A stretch of DNA of 64,000 bases from NCBI GenBank assembly GCA_017499595.2, contig CM038998.1, positions 1 to 64,000 of the forward strand, written 5' to 3'. Numbering within the stretch: position 1 is the stretch's first letter; each line of letters begins with the position of its first letter. Below are positions 58,701 to 64,000 of the stretch, piece after piece. A model generated the notes under the pieces. It saw only the letters and a list, made by a program, of their open reading frames with translations. It had not been told where the DNA came from and did not search any database. This DNA is from Psilocybe cubensis (taxonomy: Eukaryota). A program made the position numbers and the translations under genes.

Positions 58701-60524
58701 CAAACCTCACACGACAACGACTCATTTTCATAAACCTTCCAAAGTTCGCAACCCTCTTTTACTTGTTTTCACCCGTTCACTGGATTTACTGATCATCTCA
58801 GTGCTGTGCACAGATTTATATCGGGCCTGTCCATCAAGCACCACTTGGCTCAGACCACCACCATGTACACGTTGATTGAAAAGCGACTCAATCCGGACGG
58901 TGAAAGACAGAAATGTGAAAGCTTCAGTGGGATAACCAAAGAGATATTTGTGGTTGGAGCATGTATACAAGTTCTCCTCGCAGGTTCCGTACTGATTTCC
59001 GAGAGCACAGCGACGGGTTCTTTTGCGAGACGAGCACGCCACTACACGGGACACACCTACATGTGCAGAGACGAGTCAGCAATACAACTCGCTAGGCATG
59101 TACAAGTTGGGTATGGTGAGTACAGCATTAGATAGAGGCTGTCAACGACACTAACCTTGACAGGAGCCCTACACACGGATCTGCGGGGAGGGATGGAGGA
59201 CGCGTCGGCGCAGCGTGTTCAAGCTCTTCATGAGTAGCTCGCCATGAACAAGCTGGCCACGCTGGTGAGTATGTCAGTAAAAAGAGGTTTACGGGGTCAC
59301 CAACCTTGAAAAGAGACCTCAACGGAGCGGCGTTTCGAAGCAGCAAGGGCGGCGACGACTTCACTTTGGGAGGTGGGACACATGTCGAGACGAGTCGGCA
59401 AAACGTGGTTGATGCGACTTGCTAGGCATGTACGAGTTGGGTATGGTGAGTGCAACATCAGATGGAGGCTGTCAGCAAAACTAACCTTGACAAGGGCCCT
59501 CAACAATATTCAAGCGCGTCGTTGTCGAGTCAGCAAAGCGTGTTCAATTCAACAATAACCCTCAACGTCACGCGAGCGCATCGTTTTCGAGGTGGGTTGC
59601 ACACCGTTTAGTCTTGACAAGCGCATCGGAAACGCGTGTTCAACCCATTTTCTGGACGCGGATGTGTTGAGTCTGGTGAGTACACTGTCGAAAAGAGGCT
59701 GTGAAGGACACTAACACTTTGCAGGCCCGTCTACAACACGTCGTTTCGAGGGGGATGGCATGCGGAACCGCTGATGGAGGGTCCTTCAACGTCAGGCGAG
59801 GGCGTCGTTTCGAGCTGGGATGGACGGTGGGGCGTCCGCGTCATTGTTGGTGTGTGTTGATGAGTTGGAGCGCGCGGAAGACTACATACTTGGGGGTGAG
59901 TACCACACCCACCTTCAACGTAGCAAGCTCACTGACCTTCCCAATACTTTCAGCATGCAGTCACTGACCTTGTCGTGGTATACGCATGCTGTCGCAATGC
60001 GTGAGCAACATAGTCAGCAATTCCATTCCAAATGAACGCGTTGTGAGCCGCTTACCTTGCTTGCAAGGTGGATGGTCTGCCGCTCGTAGTGGTTGCGAGA
60101 ACGCCCTGCTCGGCCTGGAAGAGGTGAGTGATAATGTGTGCACCAGCAACAAGGTACTTACCGCAATGCGTGCAATACGGCCACGTCAGTCCTAACCAAC
60201 AGAGCGCGCTGGTGAGCTGGAGGCCGAGTGCGAATGGGAGAGGGGGATGAGGAAAACTCGGTCAGTCCCTACCCTCCTTTTATAAAGTCCGTACCTCCCT
60301 GTGTTGGCATGTATATCCGCATTCGTGTCTACGTTGAATAAAAAAATAAACGTGACGCCCATGTTTGAAAGGGTAAAGACGCGAACGAGACAACCGGGCG
60401 CTAAGCGAGAGGTTGCGCAACATGTTTGGTTCGACTTTCATTCGACTTGCATCTCCCCGTTCCTGTTTGTTAGATTTCCATATCAAACTCGCGTGCTTCC
60501 CTCTCAATCATTGTCCACAAGACT

Positions 60525-61840
60525 GAGAACGCCGAATAATGCCTTGTCGAGTTAAAAAAAAACACAAAACACAAACCAAATCACGTAAAACGCACCTGCT
60601 CTCAACACTCTGCCTCTCCTGTCCAACCTACTCCGCATGATACCCAAATTTGACGATGGAGTAGGGCTTGACAACGCGCTTGATGCTACCTTTGAGGAGC
60701 GCCTCGTACAGCTTGGGGAGGTGCATGGGGATTGTTGGGTCGGATTGGAGTTCTGTTGGTGGTGTTGTGGGAGGGGTGGTATATGGGTTTGGGTGTGTGA
60801 CGTGGTATTGGAACGTGGGGTGTGTGTGGGATGTGTGGTGTGGGTGAGAGGATGAGAGGAACGACATGAGGAGTGGGGATGGACAAAAAAGAAAAGGTCT
60901 TCAGTAAGTGTACCGCATCATAGTCATAGAAGATGGAAGAAAAAAGCGAAGCAGCACCCAACCAACAAAGTACGACAAACCGCGAGAACACAATAGCACG
61001 ATTACCTGCATCGAAGCACACACAGCATGTTCCACTGCGCATACAAGCATCCATGGGAACCATTAGTGGGTTAGGTGCATTGTGTTGCATGTTGCAATTG
61101 TGTGTTGCGCTGTGTACGTTGCATTGTGATTGTGTTTTATGCATCATTCACTGCACGCATAAACACACTGGATCTGCATGTATGATATGCTGTACGATAC
61201 GCAACGGAGCAGCCTCATGGCGAGGGGTGTGATAGGGCCAATGATGACGATGGTGAGGAGATGTTACGTGAATGCCCCCAGAAAACGAAAGAAAAGGAAG
61301 CAATACACAACAAAAAGAAAGAAGAGAAGAGACGAAACGACGGACGTACCATTGCAATACACCCTCAACACCTCGCCAAACTCCTCAGATCTCATCCCTG
61401 ATGCCCACGTGCTACGACGTGTATGGTGTTGACGAGTTTGAGCGTGAGGAGCGCGTTGACGTCTTCCGACTTTCATTTTCATGGGTGGGGTGAGCTGATA
61501 AAGACGTGAGGCGATGGAAAGAAGGGACTTACAAAGTTGAACATGACTGTTTAACATGTACTTCAACGCTGAACCAATTTATCCCTGCTCATTCTTCGTG
61601 TCCCCTCCAACCTCCTTCGCCCTAGCCTTCTCTTCTTTATCCTGAACTTTGCCACCAGCCGCGGAAGAATCTTTCATGCCCGCGGCGCTGAGATTCTTGA
61701 ATGCCTCAAAGAAGGAGGAGGAGACGGTGCTGTAGTCTTTGCCTTTGGCGTGCAGGATGCAGGATTGCATGTCGGTTTGGGATTGGAGGTAGGGTGGGCC
61801 ATAAATTGAGCTTGCGGCGGTGCTGAAGGAGGTTAGGGAT
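60525..61840 (-). pseudogene. RPN6: Degenerate partial copy of the 26S proteasome lid subunit Rpn6/PSMD11
   Basis: Ordered fragments SLTSFSTAASSIYGPPYLQSQTDMQSCILHAKGKDYSTVSSSFFEAFKNLS, ALKYML, SEDVNALLTLKL, ELQSDPTIPMHLPKLYEALLKGSIKRVVKPYSIV...HAE*VGQERQSVE, LDKALFGVL resemble Rpn6 from memory. In-frame stops and frameshifts are present; no N-terminal half is seen. Confidence 0.75.
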
Positions 61841-62067
61841 ACAGATATGTGCCTATGTGTGTGCGTGTGTGCGTCGGAGGGTGGATGAGGGAACGAGGGA
61901 GAAAGGCTGAGCTCTGTGAGAAGTGTCTTGATGAGCGCGAGTTGACTGTCATAGTTGGCTTTTATGTCGCGTCAGAGCCCTCTGGCTACACAAACGAGGT
62001 CAGAACGCATGAAAAATACCGCAAGTTGACGTACTTACCAACTCTCCTTTAATATCTTCTAACAGGT

Positions 62068-62600
62068 CACCTCGCGGGAAGTCGATACATTGCGTCCGAG
62101 CATTCAGACTATGGAATAAAGGTCAGAATGTGCCCAAAGCACTTACCATATTTTGATATACAAGTTGGGTAGATGGCAGTTTGCGGGAAATTGATACATT
62201 GCGTCGGAGCTATAAAATAGCAGATGGACCGCTCGCGGGAAGTCGATACGTTGCGCCAGAGTATTCAGACTATAAAGTAAACGTCAGAAAGTGACCAGAG
62301 CACTCAAAGTCAACTTACTTACCACTCAATGTACAAGTTGGGTAAGTCGGCAGCTCGCGGGAAGTCGATACGTTGCGTCGGAGTACTCAGACTATAAAGT
62401 AAACATCAGAAAGTGACCAGAGCACTCAAAGTCAATGTACTTGCCATATCTCGATGTACAAGTCGAGTAGATGGGCAACTCCCGGGAAATCAATACGTCG
62501 TGTTGGAGTATTCAGTCTTTAAAAGACCCGATGGACCGCTCGCGGGAAGTCGATACATTGCCTCTGAGCATTCTGGGCTGAAAAAAAAGGTCAGAACAAC
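62068..62600. repeat. Degenerate tandem repeat with core CTCGCGGGAAGTCGATACRTTGCG
   Basis: The core recurs about six times at irregular spacing. Confidence 0.75.
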
Positions 62601-64000
62601 TCCCTAACCCTGCAAAGTGATGTGCTTACCAACAAGTCACCCTCAATACGACACCAGCTGTCCACACAAATGCAAAAGTCAGTACAGTGATCAACACCAG
62701 ATGTAAACTACATACCTTTCAGTCACCAAGCCTCTTTGCTCAATGTTCACCGGCCGTCCAAATCTCAAATCGAACCCTGAAATGCATGGTCAGTACCGTG
62801 GAACTCTGATGACAACTGAAAAACTTACCCATGGTGGTGGTTCATAGTCAAAGTGTGATGCGACGGCAGTGTCCATGTTTGGCATGGCCAAACAACGGAT
62901 AGCGGTGGTGGAACATTCGCCCAGCATCAGGGCATAATGCACGGCTGGAATTCAGCAAATGTACTCCCTCTTTATACATTTTTTTGCCAAGGGGTGTCGA
63001 AAGAACTGCGTTGAAATGGAGACATTGCACAAAAACTACGCAAAATACAATGACGTGGCACTTGAGTTCAGACAATTTGAACATCTACGAGGCGCCGACT
63101 GTACTGAAACCCTAAACTCTCTCACATTTCGAGCGGTGCTTGCTAGTTAATCTGACGCTTGCTAGGTTGATATCTACCGCAAGTGCGAGGGAGTACGATA
63201 AGAGATTGGGAAAAAGGCAAATGAGCTGATGCAAAAGATGGTGGGGGTAGAGGTGTAAGAGAGCGACGAACCGGTAGGAGCTGGTTCGACGTATTTGAAG
63301 GGTAATATCTCACACTCGTGTGCTTGATGCTCGCATTTCCGGTAGAATGCTAAAGTCTTGCAACAGGAGGAAAGTAACCTCTTCTTTCGTCGTGTGGCTG
63401 CTTTACCCTGTGTCCAGACTCGTTGTGGGTGGCCGTGGCGGTCTGGTGGAAAGGTAAGAGCTGACGTTGCGTTGTTGCCGAGTATAGATATGTGATTTCT
63501 GATTAAAGTGTTATTTGCGTTGTATGCAAAGATGTGCATTCTCGGTGCTTAACTGATGTTCATAGTCAATGTAAAGTTGAATATCGCACACCGGGCACAG
63601 TGAATCCCAAAGTCATACAGACAGTCCAGGTAACAATTCCACTTCCAATCAGGGGCTACTTTACATTGAAATAGACGTACACTAGGTAAAAGTGTTATTT
63701 GAATGAAGTGGGCATTCCAATCATGACTCCGCACAACGGTACGCGATGAGAACAAAATTTCCGACATACCAACCATTAATCCGGGCACAATCAGCAGTCC
63801 TGCACCACAACCAACGTACTCAGAAGCTCCAAAATCCAGGAAAGACACGGAAACGACGCAGAATGGCTCGCCACGTACGTCGAATCCTCCAAATGCAATG
63901 GGGCCGATGTCGTTTTCCCTCACTTCTTCTGACCTTGTAGGTCGTGTAACGGCACTGTAGCCGATCCGAGCAGGTCTCTGCTAGTGCCCGAGAAGACCCG

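Noticed and set aside
62640-64000. Possible spliced gene near the window end
   Set aside because: Some splice-like signals are present, but I could not assemble a convincing frame or recognise a product.

Overview
This window is the left end of a eukaryotic chromosome, most likely from an agaricomycete fungus (inferred from the retroelement type and short-intron genes). Bases 1-185 are a (CCCTAAA)n telomere, i.e. TTTAGGG on the G-strand. About 189-35495 is a head-to-tail array of an endonuclease-less Penelope-like retroelement (Coprina/Athena type). It holds five full-length copies with intact 1176-1177 aa ORFs, two 5'-truncated copies capped by telomeric repeats, and 13 copies of a ~0.7 kb pseudo-LTR (pLTR). 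Every pLTR carries a hammerhead ribozyme. In four 5' pLTRs that hammerhead is split at its cleavage triplet by a 929-nt insertion with a complete group I intron core (IC1-like) and U|...G boundaries, so self-splicing would rebuild the hammerhead. This is the main finding. The ORF also appears to hold a 61-nt GC-AG intron that switches between a short basic-tailed ORF1 and the ORF1-RT fusion. Internal to the array are an intron-rich atypical G-alpha gene (37.2-39.7 kb), an RPN6-like pseudogene (60.5-61.8 kb) and degenerate dispersed repeats. All structures were read by eye; no searches or folding programs were run.
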